DNA of 64,000 nucleotides, taken from contig JBDTZL010000016.1 in assembly GCA_040005125.1 (NCBI GenBank), positions 3,495 to 67,494 of the forward strand. Reading direction: 5' to 3'. Position numbers and translations under genes: made by a program. A model generated the notes under the pieces. That model searched no databases. It was given only the letters and a program-made list of their open reading frames with translations, and was not told where the DNA came from. Positions within the stretch are counted from its first letter, which is position 1. Each line of letters starts with the position of its first letter. This DNA comes from Ginsengibacter sp. GTDB taxonomy: Bacteria > Bacteroidota > Bacteroidia > Chitinophagales > Chitinophagaceae. Below are positions 9,775 through 20,455 of this stretch, piece after piece.

Positions 9775-11472
9775 ATGAAGCCTCTTTCAGCAAAAAATAA
9801 AAAATGGTGGTGGGTTATAGTAATCGTTGCAATTATTGCTATAAATTTCTTTGCTTCGGTGATTCATAAACGTATAGATCTTACGAATGAAAAAAGGTTC
9901 ACTATTTCTTCCCCGGTAAAAAAAATACTGGCTAACCTCGATGAAGAAGTTGAAGTGGATCTGTTTTTAAAAGGCGATATGCCCGCCGGTTTCAAAAAAC
10001 TTTCTGCTTCCGCAGAAGAACTATCAGGGGAGTTTAAAGAGTATGCAAATGGCAGAATTAAATATAAGCTCATTTCTCCCGACGATCAAATGCCGGGAAC
10101 TGCAAGAACTTATGCCGATACGCTTTCTTCCCTGGGAATTGTACCTATCAACTTAAAAGTGCAGTTGAAAGCCGGTGAACAATCTCAATTTATTTATCCA
10201 GCCGCGTTAGTAATTTATAAAAATAAAATGCATGCGGTAAATTTATATTCCGGACCAAATGTTATTGGAAATAAAGAATTGAACAGCGCAGAAGCTTTGC
10301 TCGAATTTAATTTTGCTGATGCTCTTCATAAAATTATTGAGAATCATAAACCAATGGTGGCTTACGCAACGGGGAATGGGGAACCCACAGGTACTAATAT
10401 TTATGATCTTATAGAAAATGTATTGAAAAAAGATTACACTCTTTTTACTATGGACATAGAAAAAGAGCCCGTTATTCCGGATACTTTTGAATTACTGATT
10501 ATTGTAAAGCCGAAGATGAGTTTTAGCGAAGCCGAAAAGCTAAAAATTGATCAGTATGTCATGCGCGGTGGAAAATTGCTATGTTTAATAGACAGACTTG
10601 AAGCTGAAGTAGACAGTCTTCAAATAAAAAACCAGGTATTGGCTTATGACCGAAACCTGAATCTGGAAGACCTGTTTTTTAAATATGGGATACGGATTAA
10701 TCCTGATTTATTAATGGATCTGCAATGCGATTATTTACCCTTCATTGTAAATGGGCAAACTCAATCTGATTTGTTGCCCTGGAATTATTTTCCATTACTC
10801 GGGTCAAAGCAAAACAGTGTTATTAATAAAAATGTGGGCCTTGTTGCAGGGAGGTTTGTGAATTCAATAGATACCGTTAACGCTCCTGGAATTAGCAAAA
10901 CTGTTTTACTGAACTCTTCCAACAATGCCAGGACTATTGAAACTCCGGCATTGATAAGTGGTGACGAAAACAGAACTACGCCGGTTGATGCTGCTTATAA
11001 TAAAAAAGATATTATCGCGGGTATTTTGCTGGAAGGAAAGTTTTATTCGTTGTATAAAAATAGAGTTAGCCAGGCAACAATGGATTCTCTGGCAAAATAT
11101 GGTTACCCTTTTTTAAGTGAGAATATTAATGATAATAAAATGATTATCATTTCTGATGGTGATATTGCTTTAAATGGAGCCATTAAAGGGGAGCCTTTAC
11201 CAATGGGCGTAAATTCCTATACTTTGGGAACACAGCGTGAATATCAGTTTGCCAATAAATATTTTGTGGAAAACTGCATTGAATATTTAGTAAATGACGC
11301 TGACCTGGGTGAAGCAAAATCCAAAGATTATACGCTTCGCCTTATGGATCCTAAAAGAACAGGTGAAGAAAGACCTGCCTGGCAGATAATAAACCTAGTA
11401 TTGCCTGTGCTGCTCATTATTACAGGTGGAATAATTTACCAATGGTGGAGAAGAAAAAAATATCGTATCTAA
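9775..11472 (+). CDS. gldG: Gliding motility ABC transporter auxiliary protein GldG
   Basis: RIDLT.EKRFT, KIDQYVMRGGK, PWNYFP, FANK.F..N motifs and a C-terminal TM followed by RRKKY. Confidence 0.9.
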   Translation: MKPLSAKNKKWWWVIVIVAIIAINFFASVIHKRIDLTNEKRFTISSPVKKILANLDEEVEVDLFLKGDMPAGFKKLSASAEELSGEFKEYANGRIKYKLISPDDQMPGTARTYADTLSSLGIVPINLKVQLKAGEQSQFIYPAALVIYKNKMHAVNLYSGPNVIGNKELNSAEALLEFNFADALHKIIENHKPMVAYATGNGEPTGTNIYDLIENVLKKDYTLFTMDIEKEPVIPDTFELLIIVKPKMSFSEAEKLKIDQYVMRGGKLLCLIDRLEAEVDSLQIKNQVLAYDRNLNLEDLFFKYGIRINPDLLMDLQCDYLPFIVNGQTQSDLLPWNYFPLLGSKQNSVINKNVGLVAGRFVNSIDTVNAPGISKTVLLNSSNNARTIETPALISGDENRTTPVDAAYNKKDIIAGILLEGKFYSLYKNRVSQATMDSLAKYGYPFLSENINDNKMIIISDGDIALNGAIKGEPLPMGVNSYTLGTQREYQFANKYFVENCIEYLVNDADLGEAKSKDYTLRLMDPKRTGEERPAWQIINLVLPVLLIITGGIIYQWWRRKKYRI

Positions 11473-11553
11473 TTGTTAACTTCTTCCAAAACATATCTTT
11501 GCCTCAGAAGCTGTTTAAAAATGATTTGTAAGATTTCGTTTAAATATAAAAGT

Positions 11554-11628
11554 TGGCCGGTGGCACCACCGGCCACGGCGGACCGCCGCTGTTGGTGTCC
11601 TTACCAACCTGCCTACCGGACAGGCAGG
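11554..11628. repeat. Cluster of three GC-rich palindromes in the terC leader
   Basis: TGGCCGGTG-GCAC-CACCGGCCA; GTTGGT-GTCCTT-ACCAAC; CCTGCCT-ACCGGAC-AGGCAGG. Confidence 0.55.
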
Positions 11629-11683
11629 CCGCAATATAGTAAACGAAAATTTCATTTTTAAACAGCTTATCAATACTTTATAA

Positions 11684-12619
11684 ATGAATTCTACAGAATG
11701 GACTTACCTAGTGTTTGGGGCTGTAATGTTAATTGCATTGATTTTTGATCTTGGCCTGATGAGCAAAAGATCAAAAATAGTATCGATCAGGCAGGCATTT
11801 ATTCAAACTATTTTTTGGGTTAGCCTGGGTTTGGGATTTTTTTTATTTGTGTGGTATGAAGACGGGCAAACAAAAGGACTGGAATACATAAGTGCTTACC
11901 TCATGGAGTGGGCTTTGAGTATTGATAATATTTTTGTATTCATTCTTATATTCTCCTATTTTGGTATTGATGATGAACATTCCAACCGTGTACTGCTGCT
12001 CGGTATATTGATAGCGATAATTTTGAGGGTAATTTTTATTACCGTCGGAATAGTCATGGTTCAAAGATTTTCCTGGTTGCTATATATATTTGGCGGGTTT
12101 CTTATTTATACAGGTATTAAAATGTTTTTGATCAACAGCGAGAAAGAATTTGACCCTGGAAAAAATGCAGTATATAAATTCCTGAAAAAAATTGTTCCTC
12201 TTACACAATATTACAACGATGGGAAATTCACAAAAATAATTAATGGGAAAAAGCATTTCACCATGCTGTTTGTGGTTATGATATTGCTTGCAACAACAGA
12301 TATTGTTTTCGCACTCGATTCCATACCGGCAGTATTTGCCATTACTCAAACAAAAATGGTAATATACACTTCAAATATTTTCGCAGTGCTGGGATTGCGT
12401 TCTTTATTCTTTTTACTAAAGGGTGCAGTCAACAGGTTCACCTATCTTAAAGAAGGTATTGCTGTTGTGCTGGTATTTATTGGCGCAAAAATGCTGGTCG
12501 AATACTTTGATATTCATTTGCCGGTATGGATATCTTTACTGGCAATTGTTGGCTGTATTTCTTCTTCTATTTTATTTTCAATGTATAAAACCCGGCAAAG
12601 AAGCGATAGGGAAGTTTAA
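11684..12619 (+). CDS. TerC/Alx family metal homeostasis membrane protein
   Basis: E.ALSIDNIFVF, DIVFALDSIPA and TSNIFAVLGLRSLFF motifs. Confidence 0.9.
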   Translation: MNSTEWTYLVFGAVMLIALIFDLGLMSKRSKIVSIRQAFIQTIFWVSLGLGFFLFVWYEDGQTKGLEYISAYLMEWALSIDNIFVFILIFSYFGIDDEHSNRVLLLGILIAIILRVIFITVGIVMVQRFSWLLYIFGGFLIYTGIKMFLINSEKEFDPGKNAVYKFLKKIVPLTQYYNDGKFTKIINGKKHFTMLFVVMILLATTDIVFALDSIPAVFAITQTKMVIYTSNIFAVLGLRSLFFLLKGAVNRFTYLKEGIAVVLVFIGAKMLVEYFDIHLPVWISLLAIVGCISSSILFSMYKTRQRSDREV

Positions 12620-12771
12620 ATAAGCAATGAGGAAATTTTGACAAAAAAAATTTGGTCTTAAGAATAGCAAACGAACTAATGACTATATTTCTAAAAATTA
12701 TTTAAACGGCTAAGCGAAATGAAATGGCGTCAATTTTCTATTTCTTACTTTCTAATTTCTTATTTCTTCCT

Positions 12772-15303
12772 GTGAACGTAAATATCTACTATAGCGTTGA
12801 TCAAATTGCAAATTTAACAGGCGGCAGCCTGTTAAATTATAATGCCGCCCTGGCGGCACCGTCCTATCTTTCGCTCGATAGCAGGAAAATTATTTTCCCC
12901 GAAGACACTATTTTTTTTGCCATAAAAACCAGGCATCATGATGGCAATGCGTTTATCGAAGGATTGTATGTAAAAGGAGTAAGAAATTTCGTAACCGATG
13001 ATGAGAATATAGATATTGGAACAGTTCCTCATGCCAATGTGATTGTTGTAAATAATTCCGTTCATGCTTTACAAATGCTGGCTTCACATTACCGCAGCCG
13101 GTTTAATAAGCTGCCCCGCGGAGAAGAACTTCCGGTTGTTGGAATTACAGGGAGCAACGGCAAAACGATCGTGAAAGAATGGCTGAATCAATTACTTGCG
13201 CCGGATTATGTAATTGTAAGAAGTCCCAAAAGTTACAACTCCCAAATAGGTGTTCCGCTAAGTGTTTTACTTATAAATTCCTCCCATACACTTGCAATTT
13301 TTGAAGCTGGAATTTCCACCACCGGTGAAATGAAACAACTGGAAAAAGTCATTAAGCCTGCCATTGGCTTGTTTACAAATATCGGGCAGGCGCACGATGA
13401 GGGATTCGGCAACCGTATACAAAAAATTAACGAAAAACTTAAGTTGTTTGTACATGCCAGGCATCTCATTTTTTGTGCAGATAACAATGACATAAAAAAT
13501 GCAGTGGTTGTTTTTCAGAAGAAATTAAAAAATGAAAACAGGAACCTGCAATTATTTTCATGGGGCAAAGGCAATGGCAATAGACTGCGGGTGTCTTCAA
13601 TAGAAAAAAGTAATATCCATACAAAAATCGAAGCCATTTATAAAAGAGAAAAGATCTCAATAACGATACCATTTACCGATGATGCTTCTGTTGAAAATGC
13701 AATCAATTGCTGGTGCGTTCTTTTAGTATTAAATAAAAATGATGCGAAAGCCAGGAAGAGATTTCGGTTTCTTTACCCGATTGCCATGAGGCTGGAACTT
13801 AAACAGGGAGTAAATCACTGTACAATAATAAACGACAGTTATAGCAACGACCTGCACTCTTTGGCAATAGCGCTTGATTTTTTGGAGCAACAAAAGCAAC
13901 ATAAAAAACATACAGTTGTTTTATCCGACATTTTGCAAACGGGTCAAAAACCAGATGAATTGTATAAGGAAGTCGCTGATCTTTTACGGCATAAAAAGAT
14001 TGACACGCTGGTGGGTATTGGCCCGGATATTTTTTTACAACAAAACACATTTCAATCTCTAAACAACAGCCAATTTTTTTTGACAGTAGAAGAGTTTTTA
14101 AAAAATATGCCGGTCTTTCATTTTCATGATGAGACTGTCTTAATAAAAGGGGCACGCTGTTTTGGTTTTGAAGAAATAGCCCGGGAGCTGGAGCAGAAAG
14201 TGCACCAGACAATATTATCCATAAACCTGAATGCCATTGTTCATAATTTAAAACAATATAAACAGCTTCTTAACCCTCCAACAAAAATCATGGCAATGGT
14301 AAAAGCCTTCAGCTATGGAAGCGGCAGCTATGAAATTGCATCGGTATTGGAATTTCATAAAGTGGATTACCTGGCTGTTGCCTATGCCGATGAAGGAGTT
14401 GAATTGCGTAAAGCCGGAATTACTTTACCTATTATGGTTATGAATGCAGAAACGAGCACATTTGAATCTATCGTGAATAATAACCTGGAACCGGAAATAT
14501 TCTCTTTTAGTATTTTAAATGAGTTTGAAAGGTTCCTTGAGTCTTCAGGTATAAACTATTACCCTGTTCACCTAAAAATTGATACAGGGATGCACAGGCT
14601 TGGCTTTACCGGTGATGACATGAGTGCTTTGAGCAGGGCGCTCGGGGGTAATACATTGGTAAAAGTTGTAACGATGTTTACACACCTCGTTGCGGGGGAT
14701 AATACAAAAGAAAATGATTTCACACATCAGCAAGCCATGATTTTTGAAGAATGTTGTAACATAATTGAGCACAGTTTGGGATATAAATTTATTAAGCATG
14801 TTGCTAATACTGCAGGAATCAGTCATCATCTGAATTTGCAAATGGATATGGTGCGGCTTGGGATAGGGCTTTATGGTATTGATAGTAATAAGAGGATGCA
14901 ATCCCAATTAAAAAATGTTACTACCCTTACAACCACTGTATCGCAAATTAAAAAAATAAAGGAAGGTGACACAGTTGGATATGGCAGAAATGCAAAGTTG
15001 ACGAGAGACAGCCTCATTGCAACGGTACGCGTTGGATATGCGGATGGTTACCCGAGAAATCTTGGAAACGGGAAAGGTAAAATGCTTCTTCATAATACAC
15101 TGGTGCCGGTAGTTGGCAATGTGTGTATGGATATGACAATGCTTGATATTACCGGGCTTGATATGATTAAGGAGGGGGATGAGGTGGTAGTATTTGGTGA
15201 AGCTTTGCCGTTATATACCCTTGCAGGATGGGCTGAAACAATACCATACGAACTGATGACAGGTATTTCACAACGGGTGAAAAGAGTTTATTTTGAAGAA
15301 TAA
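12772..15303 (+). CDS. alr: Bifunctional MurF-like ligase / alanine racemase
   Basis: GITGSNGKT and SYNSQIGVP (Mur ligase), then MVKAFSYG (PLP Lys), HLKIDTGMHRLG and GYADG. GTG at 12772 is preferred because 12735-12769 is a heptamer repeat. Confidence 0.9.
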   Translation: MNVNIYYSVDQIANLTGGSLLNYNAALAAPSYLSLDSRKIIFPEDTIFFAIKTRHHDGNAFIEGLYVKGVRNFVTDDENIDIGTVPHANVIVVNNSVHALQMLASHYRSRFNKLPRGEELPVVGITGSNGKTIVKEWLNQLLAPDYVIVRSPKSYNSQIGVPLSVLLINSSHTLAIFEAGISTTGEMKQLEKVIKPAIGLFTNIGQAHDEGFGNRIQKINEKLKLFVHARHLIFCADNNDIKNAVVVFQKKLKNENRNLQLFSWGKGNGNRLRVSSIEKSNIHTKIEAIYKREKISITIPFTDDASVENAINCWCVLLVLNKNDAKARKRFRFLYPIAMRLELKQGVNHCTIINDSYSNDLHSLAIALDFLEQQKQHKKHTVVLSDILQTGQKPDELYKEVADLLRHKKIDTLVGIGPDIFLQQNTFQSLNNSQFFLTVEEFLKNMPVFHFHDETVLIKGARCFGFEEIARELEQKVHQTILSINLNAIVHNLKQYKQLLNPPTKIMAMVKAFSYGSGSYEIASVLEFHKVDYLAVAYADEGVELRKAGITLPIMVMNAETSTFESIVNNNLEPEIFSFSILNEFERFLESSGINYYPVHLKIDTGMHRLGFTGDDMSALSRALGGNTLVKVVTMFTHLVAGDNTKENDFTHQQAMIFEECCNIIEHSLGYKFIKHVANTAGISHHLNLQMDMVRLGIGLYGIDSNKRMQSQLKNVTTLTTTVSQIKKIKEGDTVGYGRNAKLTRDSLIATVRVGYADGYPRNLGNGKGKMLLHNTLVPVVGNVCMDMTMLDITGLDMIKEGDEVVVFGEALPLYTLAGWAETIPYELMTGISQRVKRVYFEE

Positions 15304-15436
15304 ATATTAACCCGTTAGTACTTTTTAACGGTTGTATTCGTTTTATAATATTGCATTCTGATTTTTTTTATTTATATGACATCCGTGTCTTTGCTAATAA
15401 TTAACGTATTTGAATACAAGCCTTCCTCAATTTTGC

Positions 15437-15444
15437 TATCTTTG
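15437..15444 (+). promoter_or_regulatory. Sigma-A -7 element for lspA
   Basis: TATCTTTG ending 17 nt before the GTG start. Confidence 0.55.
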
Positions 15445-15461
15445 CCCATCAAATTTATTAC

Positions 15462-16139
15462 GTGAAAGGAAGAAATGTTTTTTGGATTATATGCCTTGTG
15501 GTTTTAGCAGACCAGGCATTGAAGATTTATGTAAAAACACATTATCACGCAAGTGAATCCCATGCGATAGCCGGCAACTGGTTCCGGTTGTATTTTATTG
15601 AAAATGAGGGCATGGCTTATGGGTGGAAGTTTGGGGGCAACTGGGGTAAGATGCTGCTGACTTTATTCAGGCTTGCCGCTGTAATTTTCGGAGTTTTTTA
15701 TATTAAGAAAATTATTGAAAAGAAGTATCACCCGGGTTTTATAGTTTGCGCCGCACTCATATTTTCCGGGGCACTTGGAAATTTAATCGATAGTATGTTT
15801 TATGGGCTCATTTTTGAAGATAGCAGCATGATGTCTTATAATGTGGCTAAAATTTTTCCCGCACATGGCTATGCAGGGTTTCTGCATGGAAAAGTTGTTG
15901 ATATGCTGTATTTCCCTATCATCAGGAATGCACATTTCCCTTTATGGATACCCGTTTGGGGAGGGGAGGATTTTGAATTTTTCAGGCCCATCTTTAACCT
16001 TGCCGATGCTTCTATATCCACAGGTATCATCACAATACTTGTGTTCCAAAAACGTTTTTTTAAAGCGAATGTTGAAAATACTCATGCCAAAAGCGTTGAA
16101 ACCGGTACATTGGTCAACGATGAGATGCAGGTATCTTAG
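15462..16139 (+). CDS. lspA: Lipoprotein signal peptidase (SPase II)
   Basis: DQ..K, ENEGMAYG, GALGNLIDS, G.VVDM and FNLADA motifs. Confidence 0.92.
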   Translation: MKGRNVFWIICLVVLADQALKIYVKTHYHASESHAIAGNWFRLYFIENEGMAYGWKFGGNWGKMLLTLFRLAAVIFGVFYIKKIIEKKYHPGFIVCAALIFSGALGNLIDSMFYGLIFEDSSMMSYNVAKIFPAHGYAGFLHGKVVDMLYFPIIRNAHFPLWIPVWGGEDFEFFRPIFNLADASISTGIITILVFQKRFFKANVENTHAKSVETGTLVNDEMQVS

Positions 16140-16175
16140 CATTTACAGAACTATAAATATTTAAATTCGTACCAA

Positions 16176-16985
16176 ATGACCCCCTTGAAAATTACATTTT
16201 GTCTCATTTTGACCGCTCTGCTATTCAATGCCTGCAACAAGGAATACAGTGTTGAAGGAGGAAACCTTAAAATACCTACCGGAACATGGGAATTTACAGA
16301 CAGCCTTAAGCAATTCCAGGGCAATATGGATACCGCGATTGTAAGCACAATTCTCGGCTCAACAACAAAAGAGCTACAACTTCTTGGAACGTCACTTGAT
16401 GGTACTCAAAGTTTTCACATGGATTTGTTTGCCGATATTTTTGCAACGGGTACCTACAAAGCTTCACTATTTCAATCAGCTTTTCAATATTCATTGCCGG
16501 CAAAGACTCTTTACCAGGCCGATCAGTTAAGCGGGGAATTTATTGTTAATATAACTTCCTACAGCGACAATTTTGTTAGCGGAACGTTTTCGGGTGCTTC
16601 GCTTGATTCTGCAAGTAAAACTAAAAATTTAAGCCAGGGTAAATTTACTTCGACAATTGGGACAAAGGCGGTTGTGTCATCAGGTGTTTTTGGTGACAGC
16701 TCGGGTAATTGCAAGCCGGTTACACTGGCCGGGGTATACACACAAGGTGTTGCACTAACTGCTGCTAATACGGTACAGGTACAGGTAACTGTTGCAGTAG
16801 CTGGTACTTATACCATAACTTCTAATACAGTTAATGGCGTTTCTTTTTCAAAAACCGGTACATTTACTTCCGCGGGCGTACAAGCTGTACTTTTAAATGG
16901 CAGCGGGACACCTACAGGTTCAGGGCCCCAAAATTATACTATAACTTATGGGAACAGTCAATGTGGTTTTGTGGTAAATTTCTGA
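16176..16985 (+). CDS. Hypothetical surface lipoprotein, probably C-terminally truncated
   Basis: Lipobox FNAC-NKEYS.E; Thr/Gly-rich repeat domain (G.Y..GVAL...NTV.VQV.V...GTY). Confidence 0.7.
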   Translation: MTPLKITFCLILTALLFNACNKEYSVEGGNLKIPTGTWEFTDSLKQFQGNMDTAIVSTILGSTTKELQLLGTSLDGTQSFHMDLFADIFATGTYKASLFQSAFQYSLPAKTLYQADQLSGEFIVNITSYSDNFVSGTFSGASLDSASKTKNLSQGKFTSTIGTKAVVSSGVFGDSSGNCKPVTLAGVYTQGVALTAANTVQVQVTVAVAGTYTITSNTVNGVSFSKTGTFTSAGVQAVLLNGSGTPTGSGPQNYTITYGNSQCGFVVNF

Positions 16986-17198
16986 ATCCCGGGCACATTT
17001 TCAAATGGCGATTTTCGCTAACAGTAAATTCAAACCCACCCAATGGTTTTGTGGTTACAGCTTTTTCCAATGTTGTTTCCAACGAAGCCACTGGTGAATC
17101 TCCTTCGATTAGTGGTAAAATGAACTATCAGGTTTATACTTACCACTTTTTATAGCCTTCGATTCAATTTTTGTTGCCGGATATTATTCGGGTCCCGC

Positions 17199-18599
17199 TT
17201 AGTCGATTTTTCCGACCATATCTTCCGGGACGACCCATTCATCAAATTGTTCCGGAGTGACATAGCCCAGCTTTACTGCCATTTCTTTTAAAGTGGTGTT
17301 TTCTTTAAGAGCTTTCTGTGCAATTTCAGCGGCTTTGTAATAACCGATTTTTGTATTGAGTGCTGTCACAAGCATCAGGGAATTATCTACATGCTTTTTT
17401 ATGTTTTCCAAGATAGGTTCAATCCCTTTGGCACAGTTTTCATTGAAGCTGTTGCATCCGTCTCCGATAAGCCGTGCACTGTGAAGGAAATTGTAGATCA
17501 TCACCGGCTTAAAAACATTCAGCTCAAAATGACCGGTTGCTCCGCCAATACTTATAGCTACATCATTGCCCATAACCTGTGCAGCAATCATTGTAAGTGC
17601 TTCGCACTGAGTAGGATTTACTTTACCAGGCATAATGGAAGAGCCTGGCTCATTATCCGGAATATGAATTTCGCCAATTCCGCTTCGCGGGCCTGATGAA
17701 AGTATTCTGATGTCGTTGGCAATTTTCATAATGCTCACGGCAACGGTTTTTAAAGCTCCGTGCGTTTCTACTATAGCATCATGGGAAGCAAGAGATTCAA
17801 ATTTATTTTCTGCAGTTTTAAATGGAAGGCCGGTAAGCTCGGCAATAGTTTCTGCAACATTTTTTGCATAACCCGGCGGAGTATTTATTCCTGTTCCAAC
17901 AGCTGTTCCGCCAAGGGCAAGCTCACTTAAATGTGCCATTGTGTTTTTAACAGCTTTTAATCCGTGATCTAACTGTGACGCGTAGCCGCTGAATTCCTGG
18001 CCAAGCGTTAAGGGCGTGGCATCCATGAAATGTGTACGGCCTATTTTCACAATTTTCATAAATTGCTTTGACTTAGCCGTTAAAGTATTTTTCAGACTCT
18101 CAATCGCCGGCAATGTTAGATCGTTCAGAATTTTATAGGCAGCAATATGCATTGCAGTGGGGAAAGTGTCGTTACTGGACTGTGATTTGTTTACATCATC
18201 ATTGGGATGAAGTATTTTTTCCTTGTCGGTGAGCTTCCCACCACTTATTACATGGCCCCTGTAAGCAATTACCTCATTTACATTCATATTGCTTTGTGTT
18301 CCACTCCCCGTTTGCCATACAACAAGAGGGAATCCATTATCCAGCTTTCCTTCGAGGATTTCATCACAAACCTTGCTGATCGTTTCACATTTTTCTTTGG
18401 AGAGAACGCCTGCATCAAAATTTGTAATGGCAGCGGCCTTTTTTAAATAAGCGAACGCCCGTATGATTTCTTTCGGCATTCTGTTAATGTCCTCTGCGAT
18501 TTTAAAGTTTTCTATACTTCGTTGTGTTTGTGCTCCATAATAAGCGTTGGCAGGCACTTTCACTTCTCCCATGGTGTCTTTCTCGATTCTGTATTCCAT
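17199..18599 (-). CDS. fumC: Fumarate hydratase class II
   Basis: [21 protein letters not shown] and the [15 protein letters not shown] signature. Confidence 0.97.
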   Translation of the reverse strand: MEYRIEKDTMGEVKVPANAYYGAQTQRSIENFKIAEDINRMPKEIIRAFAYLKKAAAITNFDAGVLSKEKCETISKVCDEILEGKLDNGFPLVVWQTGSGTQSNMNVNEVIAYRGHVISGGKLTDKEKILHPNDDVNKSQSSNDTFPTAMHIAAYKILNDLTLPAIESLKNTLTAKSKQFMKIVKIGRTHFMDATPLTLGQEFSGYASQLDHGLKAVKNTMAHLSELALGGTAVGTGINTPPGYAKNVAETIAELTGLPFKTAENKFESLASHDAIVETHGALKTVAVSIMKIANDIRILSSGPRSGIGEIHIPDNEPGSSIMPGKVNPTQCEALTMIAAQVMGNDVAISIGGATGHFELNVFKPVMIYNFLHSARLIGDGCNSFNENCAKGIEPILENIKKHVDNSLMLVTALNTKIGYYKAAEIAQKALKENTTLKEMAVKLGYVTPEQFDEWVVPEDMVGKID

Positions 18600-18680
18600 T
18601 ATTATTTGTATTCTTTATTGCTGATGTATTTTAAAAAACTTAATCAAATTTAATTCAAATGGGGTGCGTCCCGCGGGAAA

Positions 18681-19166
18681 TTATATTTTCCTGCGTTTTA
18701 TCAAAGCCCTTTTTCTTAAATAATTTATTATAAAAAAATTGAGGATGGTTATGATGATTACAATTCCTATCAAATAGGCAGACACAATAAATCCGGAAGA
18801 CAATTTACCATGCAATAATCCATTTTGTTTTGTATAATAAAAACGGGCATCTTCCAGTATGGCCAAAGAAATAATACCTGCCATAAAATAAAGAACGCAC
18901 AATAAAAAGAAGATTCCGTTCCCTGCCCGCCAGTAAAAAAAATTCGAAAGCAGCAATAAAATTATGGAGAAAATGGTAACTATATTGTATAGCAAATCAT
19001 TATTAAGATCAAATAACCGGACTATCGTGGTAGGCGAACCGGTATTTTGTAAAACAGTATGGGTATGAAAAATCCAGAAAGCTGTACATAAACTTACTAC
19101 TGTAAACAGCAACAAAAAAATCCTGTTTATTATTGCAGTCTTCATTTTCTCAAAGTTACTCAACAA
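18681..19166 (-). CDS. Hypothetical membrane protein
   Basis: About four hydrophobic segments and a basic C-terminal tail; codirectional with neighbours. Confidence 0.6.
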   Translation of the reverse strand: MLSNFEKMKTAIINRIFLLLFTVVSLCTAFWIFHTHTVLQNTGSPTTIVRLFDLNNDLLYNIVTIFSIILLLLSNFFYWRAGNGIFFLLCVLYFMAGIISLAILEDARFYYTKQNGLLHGKLSSGFIVSAYLIGIVIIITILNFFIINYLRKRALIKRRKI

Positions 19167-19197
19167 TTTTTATGAAGTATTACCATAATGTAAATAT

Positions 19198-19977
19198 TTA
19201 GCTTCCTGTAAATACAGGCTTTCTTTTTTCAGTGAAAGCAGTAGTGCCTTCCTTTTTATCATTAGATGCAAAAACTTCACCAAACAAATTCACCTCTTCA
19301 TCGAAACCGTTTTTGTCAAAGCTATAAAAAGCATTTACAGCAGCAATTACTTTGGAAACAGCAACAGGAGATTTGGTAATAATGACATTTAGGATTTCTT
19401 TTGTTTTTTCAAGAAGGCTTTCGGCTGGCGTGACATAATTTACAAGCCCGATATTTTTTGCTTCATTGGCGTCAATTATGCTGCCACTCATAATCAATTC
19501 CATCGCTTTGCCTTTTCCAACGAGCATGGTTAAACGCTGTGTACCTCCGTAACCCGGAATCAGGCCAAGGTTCACCTCGGGTTGACCAAATTTTGCATTA
19601 TCGCTTGCCAGCCGGAAGTGACATGCCATTGCAAGCTCACATCCCCCGCCTAAAGCAAATCCGTTAACTGCAGCGACCACAGGCTTGGGTGAATTTTCTA
19701 TTTTAAAAAATATTTGCTGGCCTTTTCTTGCCAGCTCTGCACCCTGCTCATCGCTTGCTTTCAGGAATTCAGATATATCGGCTCCTGCAACAAAAGCTTT
19801 GGTACCCTGCCCGGTAATAATAGCTGCTTTGATGTCTTTATCATCATAAACTATTTGCATCGCCTGCTCCAGTTCATCCAAAACTGTTTTGTTAAGCGCA
19901 TTTAATTTATCAGGCCGGTTAATGGTGATGGTAAAAATATTATTTTCAAATATTATGTTTAAAGTAGAAAAATTCAT
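19198..19977 (-). CDS. Enoyl-CoA hydratase/isomerase (crotonase)
   Basis: NRPDKLNAL, AFVAGADI, GGGCELAMACH and QPEVNLGLIPG.GGTQRL motifs. Confidence 0.92.
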   Translation of the reverse strand: MNFSTLNIIFENNIFTITINRPDKLNALNKTVLDELEQAMQIVYDDKDIKAAIITGQGTKAFVAGADISEFLKASDEQGAELARKGQQIFFKIENSPKPVVAAVNGFALGGGCELAMACHFRLASDNAKFGQPEVNLGLIPGYGGTQRLTMLVGKGKAMELIMSGSIIDANEAKNIGLVNYVTPAESLLEKTKEILNVIITKSPVAVSKVIAAVNAFYSFDKNGFDEEVNLFGEVFASNDKKEGTTAFTEKRKPVFTGS

Positions 19978-19981
19978 AACA

Positions 19982-20455
19982 TTATTTTTTATTTTTTAAT
20001 TCATCCAGTCGTGCAACATCCCACAGATCTTTATCTCTTCTGGAAAGTAATTTCATGTTAATTAAAAAATCGTATGGAGTTAAATTAATAAAAATTCCAG
20101 GCATTACTTCATAAACAACCATGTTGCTTTCTGCTTCATCATAGGAAAGGGAAAAATGCACAACAGTCAAAACATCAATAGTCGACGCTTCACTCCCTAT
20201 TGCTGAAACAAAAGGTCCTGTGAAATCTTCTTCATACAATGGCGCAACTTCATTTTTTGAATAGTTCATACATAAAAGTGTTTGAACAAACATCAATTTG
20301 TTTTCATTAGTTGGTGCAATCCAAACATCCAAATCATCGGTATTTCTATTGTAGCCATAATAGTTTACCGCGTAACCTCCAATTATCATATACCTAAGCT
20401 TGTTTTTTTGAGCGCAGGAAAAAAAAAGTAAAAATTCATCACTTAATAAATCCAT
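19982..20455 (-). CDS. Nucleotidyltransferase of the AbiEii/MenT-like fold (putative toxin)
   Basis: IIGGYAV..YG..R.T.DLD metal-binding motif and C-terminal MK..SRR.KD..D motif. Confidence 0.7.
   Translation of the reverse strand: MDLLSDEFLLFFSCAQKNKLRYMIIGGYAVNYYGYNRNTDDLDVWIAPTNENKLMFVQTLLCMNYSKNEVAPLYEEDFTGPFVSAIGSEASTIDVLTVVHFSLSYDEAESNMVVYEVMPGIFINLTPYDFLINMKLLSRRDKDLWDVARLDELKNKK

Noticed and set aside
12724-12771. Hydrophobic N-terminal extension MASIFYFLLSNFLFLP on MurF-Alr as a signal peptide
   Set aside because: It is the translation of a TTTCTTA heptamer repeat, and GTG 12772 is the more plausible start
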